DNA of 64,000 nucleotides. It comes from Candidatus Dormiibacterota bacterium. GTDB taxonomy: Bacteria > Chloroflexota > Dormibacteria > Aeolococcales > Aeolococcaceae. The stretch lies in the NCBI GenBank assembly GCA_035995545.1, contig DASYKI010000001.1, positions 902 through 64,901 of the forward strand, given 5' to 3'. A program made the translations under genes and the position numbers. Each line of letters opens with the position of its first letter. The stretch's first letter is position 1. The notes beneath the pieces were generated by a model that was not told the DNA's origin, searched no databases, and saw only the letters and a program-made list of their open reading frames with translations. Positions 28,508-36,889 of the stretch are shown here, piece by piece.

Positions 28508-28905
28508 TCGCCGATGCCTTCGGAGAGTGAGCTCGGTGTGGTCTGTGCCTTGATGAGGAACTCGTGGGCGCCGAGCTTGAGGCCGCGGTCCACCAGCTCC
28601 TTCTCGCCGTAGTTGCTCAGCATGATCACCGGGATGGCCGCGGTGTCGTCGTTCTGGCGCAGGGCCTGGAGCACCTCGAAGCCGTCCTTCTTGGGCAGGC
28701 GGATGTCGAGGAAGATGATGTCCGGCTTGAGCTCGGTGGCCCGGGTGATGCCTTCCTCACCGTCGACGGCGACGTTGACCCGGTAGCCGTCCAGCTCCAG
28801 CTTCATGCGGTACATCTCCAGCACCGCAGGATCGTCCTCGATGAGGAGGACGTCGATGACCTCGTCGTCCACAGTAGCCTCCGCGTTGGCCGGATCGGCG
28901 ATCAC
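28492..28905 (-). CDS. stand-alone response-regulator receiver (CheY-like) protein
   Basis: VLLIEDDPAVLEMYRMKLELDGYRV...IIFLDIRLPKKDGFEVLQALR...IPVIMLSNY contains the phosphoacceptor Asp. Confidence 0.85.
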   Translation of the reverse strand: MIADPANAEATVDDEVIDVLLIEDDPAVLEMYRMKLELDGYRVNVAVDGEEGITRATELKPDIIFLDIRLPKKDGFEVLQALRQNDDTAAIPVIMLSNYGEKELVDRGLKLGAHEFLIKAQTTPSSLSEGIGEWLKE

Positions 28906-29081
28906 AAGAGAACCTCGGCAGTATAGCGGCGCGGTCGCGCCGTGCGGAACAATTCCATGCCAGCGCCGTGTGCAAGAAACCTGCTAGCGGAGTGTACGTC
29001 GAACGCTCCAGCGGGCGCACCATCTTGTGGTCACGAGCCGGCCCGGCGGGGCCGCGGCAGGCCGCTCAGCGGCCGGGGCGC

Positions 29082-29483
29082 TCAGAGCCGGACGTGGGTG
29101 ACGTCGATGTCGTCGAGGAAGTCCGGCCGGGCCACCCGGTTCGCGTCCATGAGCTGGAGGCACTGGATCACGTACTTGGCCCCGTTGAGGTTGAGGCCGT
29201 GGTGGCGGGTGAGGCGCTGGATCGCCTGGAGGGTCAGGATGTCGCGCTGGGAGTAGCGGCGGCGGTTGGTCGCAGTGCGATGAGGCACCACCAGGCCGAG
29301 GTGCTCGTACATCATCAGCGTGCGCGGATGGGTCTCGAGGATCTCGGCCGCAACGCTGATCGTGTAGATCGGCTTGTCCAGCCCGACCTGAGCGGAGGCC
29401 GGGAGCGGTGCGGTGGCTGTCACGAAGGCCTCCTTGCCCGCCGCCGGTGGTTCGTCGTCTGTAGTGGCGCTGTCGGTGGACAT
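29082..29483 (-). CDS. MerR-family HspR-like transcriptional regulator (paralogue 2)
   Basis: LDKPIYTISVAAEILETHPRTLMMYEHLGLVVPHRTATNRRRYSQRDILTLQAIQRLTRHHGLNLNGAKYV is near-identical to the core of paralogue 1. Confidence 0.75.
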   Translation of the reverse strand: MSTDSATTDDEPPAAGKEAFVTATAPLPASAQVGLDKPIYTISVAAEILETHPRTLMMYEHLGLVVPHRTATNRRRYSQRDILTLQAIQRLTRHHGLNLNGAKYVIQCLQLMDANRVARPDFLDDIDVTHVRL

Positions 29484-29710
29484 CGGCGGGGGTATGAAAC
29501 GCGGCTAGTATACGGCCCCCATATCTGATAGACCGCCCCGCGTGACATTTTCTTGGCGACTGTACCCAGGTCTTTGTCCGCCGGTGATGGACGCGTAACC
29601 CTTCCCGTGACGGCCTCGTTTGCCCGAGTGCCCGGGAGGCGGACCGCCCGGACCATCCCTTCCCCCTTCGACCTTCCCACCCCCCTTCTTCACCCCCCAG
29701 GAGGAGCGCG

Positions 29711-29887
29711 ATGATCCACCCCCACCCCGACGGCCGCGCCTCGCTCGACGCTCGGGAGCGCTACCTGCGGCGTCGCAGCCGCCGCCGTCTCACCTTCGGT
29801 GACCGTGGCGTGGTGGCGGTGTGGGTCGGGGCCGCCGCCCTGGTGACGTGGCTGTTCATCGCCGGGTTCTCCGGGCTCACCCACTAG
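29711..29887 (+). CDS. small hypothetical membrane protein (58 aa)
   Basis: An ATG lies 6 nt after AGGAGG. The product is MIHPHPDGRASLDARERYLRRRSRRRLTFGDRGVVAVWVGAAALVTWLFIAGFSGLTH. It is preceded by a C/T-only tract of about 40 nt. It is below the ORF-track length cut-off. Confidence 0.3.
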   Translation: MIHPHPDGRASLDARERYLRRRSRRRLTFGDRGVVAVWVGAAALVTWLFIAGFSGLTH

Positions 29888-29936
29888 GCACCCGGGCGGC
29901 GCGGCGCCGGCCCGAGCTCCGGGGGGCAGGAACCCG

Positions 29937-30812
29937 CTAGATGCGGAGCAGGTCGACAAGGGCCGTCAGCGCCGCCGCCCACGCCTCGGGGCTGGCCAGC
30001 CGCCAGCGGGCCGCCTCCATGACCTCGCCGGGCGCCTCGTCCCCACCCACGGCGACGCCGAAGCCACCATCGGTGACCGCGGCGAGCTGGAGCATGGGGA
30101 TGTCGCCCATGTCGTCACCGGCGATGCAGAGCGCCGCCGAGCGCCAGCGGTCGCGGCGCAGGTCGCGCACCGCGTCCGCCTTTGTGCGGCGCACCGGAGG
30201 GTGGATCTCGGCGACCATCTTGCCGGGCACCACGCCCAGCTTCCAGCGCGCGGCCACCTCCTGGGCGAGCTCCAGGGCGCAGCGCTCCGCCTCGGGACGG
30301 TCGATGCCGCGAGTGTGCACGACCACCCCGCAGTGCTTGCGCTCCAGCCGTGCGCCCGGGCAGCGGCCGTCGTGGAGCGCCCGCTCCATCTCCGCCGCGG
30401 CGGCCTCCAGGGCCGGCGCCCAGCGCTCCGCCTGGGGCACCACGCTGAGCCGTCCGCGCGAGATCCGCTCCAGGCCGTAGTTGCCCGAGACCACCGCCTC
30501 GGGCCCGAGCACGATGCGGCGGGCGACGTCCTCGGCGTCGCGGGCGGTGACCAGGGCCACCCGCGTGGGACAGCGCGCCTCGCGCCCGGCGGTGGCGCCG
30601 CGGCGGGAGAGCCAGGCCAGGGCACGCTCGGCGCCGGGCAGGGCGTGCACCTCGCCGGGCGTGCTGCGGATGGGCGCCACCGACCCGTCGAAGTCGGTGC
30701 AGAGGAGCAGGCCGCGGTGACGCACGGCGGCGTCGGCGACCATCTCGGCGAGGCGCTCGGGCCTCATCGGCTCGGCGGCGTGGGCGGAGGGAAGAATTGC
30801 CGGTTGGGTCAT
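29937..30812 (-). CDS. otsB: trehalose-6-phosphate phosphatase (HAD family)
   Basis: LLLCTDFDGSVAPI is HAD motif I. The gene lies downstream of otsA. Confidence 0.8.
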   Translation of the reverse strand: MTQPAILPSAHAAEPMRPERLAEMVADAAVRHRGLLLCTDFDGSVAPIRSTPGEVHALPGAERALAWLSRRGATAGREARCPTRVALVTARDAEDVARRIVLGPEAVVSGNYGLERISRGRLSVVPQAERWAPALEAAAAEMERALHDGRCPGARLERKHCGVVVHTRGIDRPEAERCALELAQEVAARWKLGVVPGKMVAEIHPPVRRTKADAVRDLRRDRWRSAALCIAGDDMGDIPMLQLAAVTDGGFGVAVGGDEAPGEVMEAARWRLASPEAWAAALTALVDLLRI

Positions 30813-30825
30813 GAGTCTGCGGGGG

Positions 30826-32340
30826 TCAGTCGATCAGCTCGCGAAGGTCCTGGAGCTGGTTGGTGATCCAGCGGGTGATGTCGTTGGCGTGGACCGCCTC
30901 GCGGATGCGCTCGGCGCGTGCCTGGCGCTCGGTGGAATCCATGATCAGGCCGAGATAGAGCGCCTCGGCCGTGGCGTCGACGTCGAAGGGGTTGATGGTC
31001 AGGGCGAGATCGCCAAGCTCCTCGTGCGATCCCGCGTTCTCGCTGAGCACCAGCACACCGTTGCGACGGTTGACCAGCGCGCCCTCCTTGGCGACCAGGT
31101 TCATGCCGTCGTAGATGGGGTTGACCAGCAGCACGTCGAAGGACTTGTAGCCCGCCACCGCCTTGTGGATGTTCTCGTCGACCTCGAGGCGGATGGGCAT
31201 CCAGCCGCGCACCGAGAAGCGCCGGTTGATGCGCGCCGCGACGGTGACGATGGAGCCGAGATAGGCACGGTAGTCGTCGATGTCCTGCCGAGTTTCCTGC
31301 AGATATGCCCAGAACTGGACGCTGCCGTGCAGCTCGTGGTGCGTCTCCAGCATGCGCTCATAGGCGAGGAAGCCGCGCACGATGTTCTTCGACAGGTCGG
31401 TCCTGTCCACCCGCAGGATGAGATATTCGGGGCGCCACGAGGCGATCTGCTCCTCCTCGCGCAGCGTCTCGGGATGCTCGGCGAGATGCTCGAACTCGGC
31501 GACGTCGACGCTGATCGGGTAATTCCGCACCCACACCGCACGGCCTTCGTGGAAGACGGTCTGCTCGCGGTAGTCGACGGCCAGGCCCATGTTCTCCTCG
31601 CAGGTGAGCAGGAAGTTGCGCACGTCGCGGCGCGTCTGGAAGCCGATGATGTCGTTGCCCAGGATGCCCTGCATGATGCCGTCGCGGATGCGCTTGGGCA
31701 GGATCTTCCAGTACTGCGCGGTGGGCCAGGGGATGTGCACGAACTGCTGGATGCGCACGCCGGGAAGCTGCGCGCGCACCATCTGGGGGACGCCGTAGAG
31801 CTGGTAGTCCTGCACCATCACCAGCGGCGGCAGGTCGCTGCGCTGCGCCTCGGCGACGACGCGGTCGGCGAAGAGGCGGTTGACCTGCTGGTACCCGTCG
31901 CGCCAGGCGCGCTCGGTGCTGGCGTCGAGCACCGGCTCGCGGCCGAGGTCCCAGAGGTAGTGCTGGATGAACCAGAGCAGCGGGTTGGAGATGACGTTGT
32001 AGTAGAGGTCGTACGCCTCCGGATCGGGGTCGACGAAGGCGACGCGGTAGCGGGTGCAGTCCTCGGTCTCGAGCAGCGCCGGCTCATCGCCGTGGGCACG
32101 CGCGGCCAGCATGCGGTCGTCGTCGTTGCGCGCCGCCGCAACCCACACGGCATCGGTGGCGACGGCCAGCGAGCTCATCGCCGTGACCAGCCCGCCGCCG
32201 CCGCGCACCAGGCGCTCGGGCGTACCCCGGATGGGGTCGGCACGCTGCAGGCTGAGGGGAGCCCGGTTGGCGACGATGATGGGCTGGACGTGCCGCAGCA
32301 GGCGGCGCGTGTAGGCCTCGATGGCGAGCAGGGGGGACAC
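30826..32340 (-). CDS. otsA: alpha,alpha-trehalose-phosphate synthase (GT20)
   Basis: Typical OtsA sequence (VANRAP, WVQDYQL/VQDYQLY, GMNLVAKE). Confidence 0.9.
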   Translation of the reverse strand: MSPLLAIEAYTRRLLRHVQPIIVANRAPLSLQRADPIRGTPERLVRGGGGLVTAMSSLAVATDAVWVAAARNDDDRMLAARAHGDEPALLETEDCTRYRVAFVDPDPEAYDLYYNVISNPLLWFIQHYLWDLGREPVLDASTERAWRDGYQQVNRLFADRVVAEAQRSDLPPLVMVQDYQLYGVPQMVRAQLPGVRIQQFVHIPWPTAQYWKILPKRIRDGIMQGILGNDIIGFQTRRDVRNFLLTCEENMGLAVDYREQTVFHEGRAVWVRNYPISVDVAEFEHLAEHPETLREEEQIASWRPEYLILRVDRTDLSKNIVRGFLAYERMLETHHELHGSVQFWAYLQETRQDIDDYRAYLGSIVTVAARINRRFSVRGWMPIRLEVDENIHKAVAGYKSFDVLLVNPIYDGMNLVAKEGALVNRRNGVLVLSENAGSHEELGDLALTINPFDVDATAEALYLGLIMDSTERQARAERIREAVHANDITRWITNQLQDLRELID

Positions 32341-32466
32341 CTCCGCGCGACCGGCGGCCCACCGCAGTGGTTCTGCCGCCGCCTAGATCCCGGGAGCACC
32401 ATCCTACCAACTCGGGTGCGGGCGGGCGGCGCGAACCCGGTGGCGTGGCTAACCAGTTGACAACTG

Positions 32467-32880
32467 GTGGCGATGTGGCAAAATGCAACAACGCTGCTGT
32501 CGGAATATCTCGCAGCGACCCACGGAGGAACGGGCGAAGTGCTGGCCGACGCGATCAAGGACATCGACACCGCAGTGCGTCTCGACCGGGAGGAGCGGGA
32601 GCGCCGGGCCGCCGCGCGAGCTTCCTTCGAGCGCACCGAAGCCTACATGTGGACGATCGAGGAGATGCTCGAGGGTGGCTCCGAGCGAGTGCCCGACCCG
32701 CTGGTCATCGAGATCGCCCGCTTCGTGCGCCCCTTCAGCCGCCGCCTGGCGCGCATGCTCACCCGTGACCCGGACCGCAACCCGGTCCACGTGCTCGACG
32801 TGCTCTTCGACGTGCAGGAGCGCATCCAGCGCCAGACCATGGCGCGGATGGAGCTGGAGGAGACGGCGCTGGCCTCGTAG
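32467..32880 (+). CDS. hypothetical protein
   Basis: A coherent 137 aa ORF with a helical, charged composition; no recognisable family. Confidence 0.4.
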   Translation: MAMWQNATTLLSEYLAATHGGTGEVLADAIKDIDTAVRLDREERERRAAARASFERTEAYMWTIEEMLEGGSERVPDPLVIEIARFVRPFSRRLARMLTRDPDRNPVHVLDVLFDVQERIQRQTMARMELEETALAS

Positions 32881-32960
32881 GAGGCGGCGCCGGGCGTCAC
32901 CCGATCGGTGCTCCTGCGGGACATGCCGGGCGCAGCACGGACGCGTACGATCACGACGCC

Positions 32961-33485
32961 GTGCGTCTCACAGCCAGCAGCAACGTCGACGTCTCGCCCG
33001 CCGAGCTGTTCACCATCGCGTCCGACCTGCGCAGCCTGCCGGCGTGGTGGATCGAGCACCTGAGCGCTGAGGTCACCACACCGGCCAACCGGGCCCGCGA
33101 CGCCGTGTACGAGGTGCGCTACCGGCTGCCGATCGGGCTGGTGGTGAGCGCCACCTGCACCGTCGTGGCGGTGCGGGCGCCGCGCTCGATCACCTACATC
33201 TGGGAGGGCTGGGGCATCCGCATGGCGGTGGGGCAGAGCTTCACCGCGTCGCGCGGCGGCTGCCGGACCACGCTGGTGACCGACCTCTCGGTGAACTCGC
33301 GCTTCCGCCCGCTCAGCGGGCTGCTGGCGCGGGTGATGAGCGCGACCATGGGCGAGGAGATGCAGCGGGCGCTGGCGACCCTGGCGGAGATCGCCTCGGC
33401 GCGCACCATCGTGCGGCGGACAGGGTCGGCTGAGCGGGTCGAGGGGCGGCGGCGCGGGTCGCGGGCAGGGGAACTCTCGGTCTAG
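32961..33485 (+). CDS. SRPBCC (polyketide cyclase/dehydrase-like) family protein
   Basis: DVSPAELFTIASDLRSLPAWW... has the Polyketide_cyc2-like pattern. Confidence 0.6.
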   Translation: MRLTASSNVDVSPAELFTIASDLRSLPAWWIEHLSAEVTTPANRARDAVYEVRYRLPIGLVVSATCTVVAVRAPRSITYIWEGWGIRMAVGQSFTASRGGCRTTLVTDLSVNSRFRPLSGLLARVMSATMGEEMQRALATLAEIASARTIVRRTGSAERVEGRRRGSRAGELSV

Positions 33486-33569
33486 GGGCGGGGCCCAGGG
33501 GGGACACGACGAGGCCCGGAGTGACACGTCGCCACCCCGGGCCCCAATCAGCTCAGCTGGTGAGCTCGC

Positions 33570-34166
33570 CTACGCAGAGCGACGGCGCGCCGTGCTCCGT
33601 CCGCGGCCACGCCCGCTCCCCGTCGTGGTGCGGCGAGCTGCCGTCGCCGTGGTGCGGCGACCTGCCGTCGCCGTGCGGCGAGCGGTGCCCTTCGCAGCCG
33701 ACTTGACGCGCGATGCCGTGCCGCGAGCACTCGCCGCGGTGGCGCGAGTGGTGCGCCGGGCGCGGGTCGCCGTACTCGCCCGGCGCCCGCCACGACGCCT
33801 GGTGCCCGTCTCCGTCTCGCGCTCGAGCCGCTCGAAGAAGCGAGCCGCCTCCTTGGCGGGACCGTTCACCACGTCGAGCAGGGTCCGCGTCACCGCGCCC
33901 ACCACGTCGGGTCGGCGTCCGGTGCGGCGCAGCATCCGGATGTAGGCGATCAGCGCCCGCTCGGGCAGGCTGACCACCTCGTCGACGACCTCCTCGACCC
34001 CATCGGTGATCGAGTTGTTGACGGCGCTGCCCCGGCGGCGGGCCCGTCCGGTGGAGCGCCCGGGACGCGCGACGGCGTCGAGGGCAAAGGAGGCACCGCC
34101 GACGATGGTGTCGAGCGCAGCTTCACCGGCGCGGCCGGCGCTGTCCACGATGGTCAGGTCGGTCAT
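33570..34166 (-). CDS. hypothetical protein with Arg/Thr/Ala-rich repetitive C-terminal tail
   Basis: The protein starts MTDLTIVDSAGRAGEAALDTIVGG. The tail (ARRTATAGRRTTATAARRTTTG) is encoded by the tandem repeats listed below. Confidence 0.4.
   Translation of the reverse strand: MTDLTIVDSAGRAGEAALDTIVGGASFALDAVARPGRSTGRARRRGSAVNNSITDGVEEVVDEVVSLPERALIAYIRMLRRTGRRPDVVGAVTRTLLDVVNGPAKEAARFFERLERETETGTRRRGGRRASTATRARRTTRATAASARGTASRVKSAAKGTARRTATAGRRTTATAARRTTTGSGRGRGRSTARRRSA
33606..33680. repeat. about 24-bp imperfect tandem repeat x3 (coding, low-complexity)
   Basis: The units are cgtcgtggtgcggcgagctgc / cgtcgccgtggtgcggcgacctgc / cgtcgccgtgcggcgagcggtgc. Confidence 0.5.
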
Positions 34167-34250
34167 GTCGTCTACCTCGGATCTCCCTCTCATGACAATA
34201 CAGCTATCACGTTAGCGCGTCGCGTCACACCGCGTCAAGGGCGCAGCACG

Positions 34251-35129
34251 GTGGACAATGCGGGCGTGGCGACGACCCCGCAGCGCGTCCGCGAGCACCC
34301 CGTCCAGGCGGGCGATCTGCGCCTGTCGGTGCGCGACCACGAGGGCACTGAGCCCGCCGTCGTCGGCCTGCACGGTCTCGCCTCCAACGCGCGGTGGTGG
34401 GACCTGGTGGCCTCGCACCTGGCTCCCCGGCGCCTCGTCTCCATCGACCAGCGTGGACACGGGCTCAGCGACAAGCCGGACGCCGGATACGACTTCGACA
34501 GCGTCACCGCTGACGCGCGTTCCGTTATTCGCGCGTTGGCGTTGGGACCGGTCGTCGCGGCCGGGCATTCGTGGGGCGCGTCGGTCGCGCTGTGGTGGGC
34601 GGCTGCCGACCCCGAGGGTGTGCGGGCGGTGGTGTGCGTCGACGGCGGCATCGGCGACCTGCGCGGCTTCTTCGGCGCCAGCTGGGACGTCGCCGAGAAG
34701 GCGATGCGACCGCCGCGGCTCGACGGCATCACGGCGTCGCGTTTGCATGGCTGGGTTGACGCGTCGGGACTCGCCGGCGACGGCGACGTCGCCGAGGCGG
34801 TGCGCATCCTCTCCGGCAACTTCGAGGAGGTCGCACCGGGACAGCTGCAGCCGCGACTGCACGTCGACCGGCACATGCAGATCGCGCGCGAGCTGTATCA
34901 CCTCGACACGCCGTCACTGCTGGCGCGCGTGACTCAGCCGGTGCTGCTCGTCGTCGCGGTAAACGATCAGACGCGCGCGGTACGGCAGAGTGCCGCGGAC
35001 GAAGCACTGAGCCTGCTGCCGCGCGGCAGCGAGGCGGTGCTCGTCGACGGGATCCACGACCTGCCCGTGCAGCGGCCGGCGGAGGTTGCTGCGGCGATGA
35101 CGGCGTTCTTTGCGCGCGCGGGGTTGTAG
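34251..35129 (+). CDS. alpha/beta-fold hydrolase
   Basis: HGLASNARWW, the nucleophile elbow GHSWGASVA, and the HG oxyanion motif. Confidence 0.85.
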   Translation: MDNAGVATTPQRVREHPVQAGDLRLSVRDHEGTEPAVVGLHGLASNARWWDLVASHLAPRRLVSIDQRGHGLSDKPDAGYDFDSVTADARSVIRALALGPVVAAGHSWGASVALWWAAADPEGVRAVVCVDGGIGDLRGFFGASWDVAEKAMRPPRLDGITASRLHGWVDASGLAGDGDVAEAVRILSGNFEEVAPGQLQPRLHVDRHMQIARELYHLDTPSLLARVTQPVLLVVAVNDQTRAVRQSAADEALSLLPRGSEAVLVDGIHDLPVQRPAEVAAAMTAFFARAGL

Positions 35130-35210
35130 CGAGCCGACTCGCGGCGCGACATCTGACTCGAAAACCACGATCGCAACGCGCGTAGCACGACATCGATGCG
35201 ACGTTTGTGC

Positions 35211-35238
35211 GACCGCAACTTGCGGACCGCAACCGCAG
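35211..35238. promoter_or_regulatory. gaccgcaac triple repeat with perfect palindrome CCGCAACTTGCGG upstream of the tad operon (candidate operator)
   Basis: gaccgcaacttgcggaccgcaaccgcag lies in a relatively AT-richer 260-bp intergenic region before cpaE. Confidence 0.3.
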
Positions 35239-35389
35239 TTTGCTAGCGTTGGCGCAGAAACACACACAGGTGTACGGGCTGGGGTTTGCGCCCCACTTCC
35301 GCCGGCACATGGCGGGCACTGGCGCGCGGTGACGTCGCTTTCACGATTGTCGCTGCACGCCCTCTTGCAGGAAGGGAGTTGTCACCCGG

Positions 35390-36889
35390 ATGGGCGGAAT
35401 CCATTTCACCGACGGCATCGATCGGCCCGACACCATCGCGTTCGGGCTCGATGCACCGCGGCTCGTCGCCGTCGTCGTCGCGGCGCTGTCGGGATACGCG
35501 GTCATGCAGGCGCCGCTGCCATTCGCGCTGCGTGTCGCCGTCGCGGTGCTGGTGGCGGCGACCGGCGCCCTGCTCGGCTGGGGTCGATACGCCGGCCGAC
35601 CGCTGCTGACCTGGGCGTGGCTGGCGCTGCGCTTTGCACTCTCGCCGCAGACGGGCGGTGGCCCGCCGGTTGCTCGCGATGCGGCGCCGGTGCATGTCGT
35701 GCAGCCGGCGGCCGAACCGGAGGCGCTCGTCGCTGAGACAGCGCCCACGGTGGTCGAGGACACGGTGCCGGCGTGGGCGAAGTGGCTCGACTTCGACGCG
35801 TCGGCGCCGGAGGACGCCGCGCCGCCGCCGGTGCCCGGGCCTGCTGCCGCGGTGCTGCCCGAAGGGACGGTGGAGACGTCGCGCGATGTGCCGCTCGTGG
35901 TCGTCGCGGACCTGCGCGAACCACGCGCCGACCCTGACGAGACACTGCACGCCGACGAACAACCGGACGAGCTCCCTCATGCCGACGTCGTGCATCTCCC
36001 GTTCGCGCGCGCCGGCGTCACCGCTGCGTCGCACGCGATGCCCGTCGCCGATGCGCGCGACGCGCCACCGCCCGTCTTCGTCGGTGCACCGCGGCGGGTC
36101 ACCTTCTTCTCGCTCAACGGCGGATCCGGACGCACCACGCTGGCCACCGAGGTCGCCTGCATCCTTGCCGCCCGCGGACGGCATCTCGCCGCGGACGGCA
36201 CGGTGCGTCCGCTGCACGTCACCCTGCTCGACCTCGACCTGCGCAGCGCGACCGTCGCGGTGCGCCTCGGCATCGCCCATCCCACCCTCGGCGACTACCT
36301 GGGCAGCGGCGCCGATCCCGTGCGCCTGGAGAGCTGCATGGTGCGCCACCCCAGCGGAGTGCGCGCGCTGCTCGGCCCGCCCAAACCGCTGGCCGGCGGA
36401 GCCGGCGCCCTGGAACCCGCGCGCGTCGCCGAGATCGTGCACCGGCTGGAACGCGACGGCGCCCAGTTCGTCGTCGTCGACGTCAGCGCCGACCTCGGCG
36501 CGGTGACCACCTGGGTGCTCAGCGCCATGCACGACATCTTCGTCGTCATCACGCCGACCGCGAGCGGAGTGCAGGACGCGTACCGGACCACCGAGGCGCT
36601 GCGTCGCCTGGGACTGGGCCACAAGCTGCGCTACGTCGTCAACCGCGCCCGCAGCGCGCCCGACCTCGGCGAGGTGATGGGCGACCTCGGCGGCCGCGTC
36701 GCCGCCGTCGTGCCCTACGACCCGGCCATCGAGGAGGCGGAGAACCACCACAACATCGCCGCGCTCGCCGGCACCGGTCCCGCGGCACGCGCCCTGCACG
36801 ACCTGGCGGCGCTGCTCTATCCGTCGCTCGCACCCGCGGCGCGTCGCACCCGCGCCCACCGGCTGCCGTGGAGGCGCCGGGTTGGCTGA
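35390..36889 (+). CDS. cpaE: CpaE/TadZ-like pilus-assembly protein (membrane-anchored; ParA/MinD fold with degenerate Walker A)
   Basis: Two N-terminal transmembrane helices, a long Pro/Ala/Asp-rich linker, then RRVTFFSLNGGSGRTTLATEV. This takes the place of the KGGVGKTT found in ParA/MinD and CpaE, and both lysines are replaced. There is an 8-nt overlap with cpaF. Confidence 0.7.
   Translation: MGGIHFTDGIDRPDTIAFGLDAPRLVAVVVAALSGYAVMQAPLPFALRVAVAVLVAATGALLGWGRYAGRPLLTWAWLALRFALSPQTGGGPPVARDAAPVHVVQPAAEPEALVAETAPTVVEDTVPAWAKWLDFDASAPEDAAPPPVPGPAAAVLPEGTVETSRDVPLVVVADLREPRADPDETLHADEQPDELPHADVVHLPFARAGVTAASHAMPVADARDAPPPVFVGAPRRVTFFSLNGGSGRTTLATEVACILAARGRHLAADGTVRPLHVTLLDLDLRSATVAVRLGIAHPTLGDYLGSGADPVRLESCMVRHPSGVRALLGPPKPLAGGAGALEPARVAEIVHRLERDGAQFVVVDVSADLGAVTTWVLSAMHDIFVVITPTASGVQDAYRTTEALRRLGLGHKLRYVVNRARSAPDLGEVMGDLGGRVAAVVPYDPAIEEAENHHNIAALAGTGPAARALHDLAALLYPSLAPAARRTRAHRLPWRRRVG

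Noticed and set aside
33606-33680. Short tandem repeats that could be mistaken for a CRISPR-like array.
   Set aside because: There are only three imperfect adjacent units of about 24 bp with no spacers. They lie inside a coding region and encode an Arg/Thr/Ala-rich tail.
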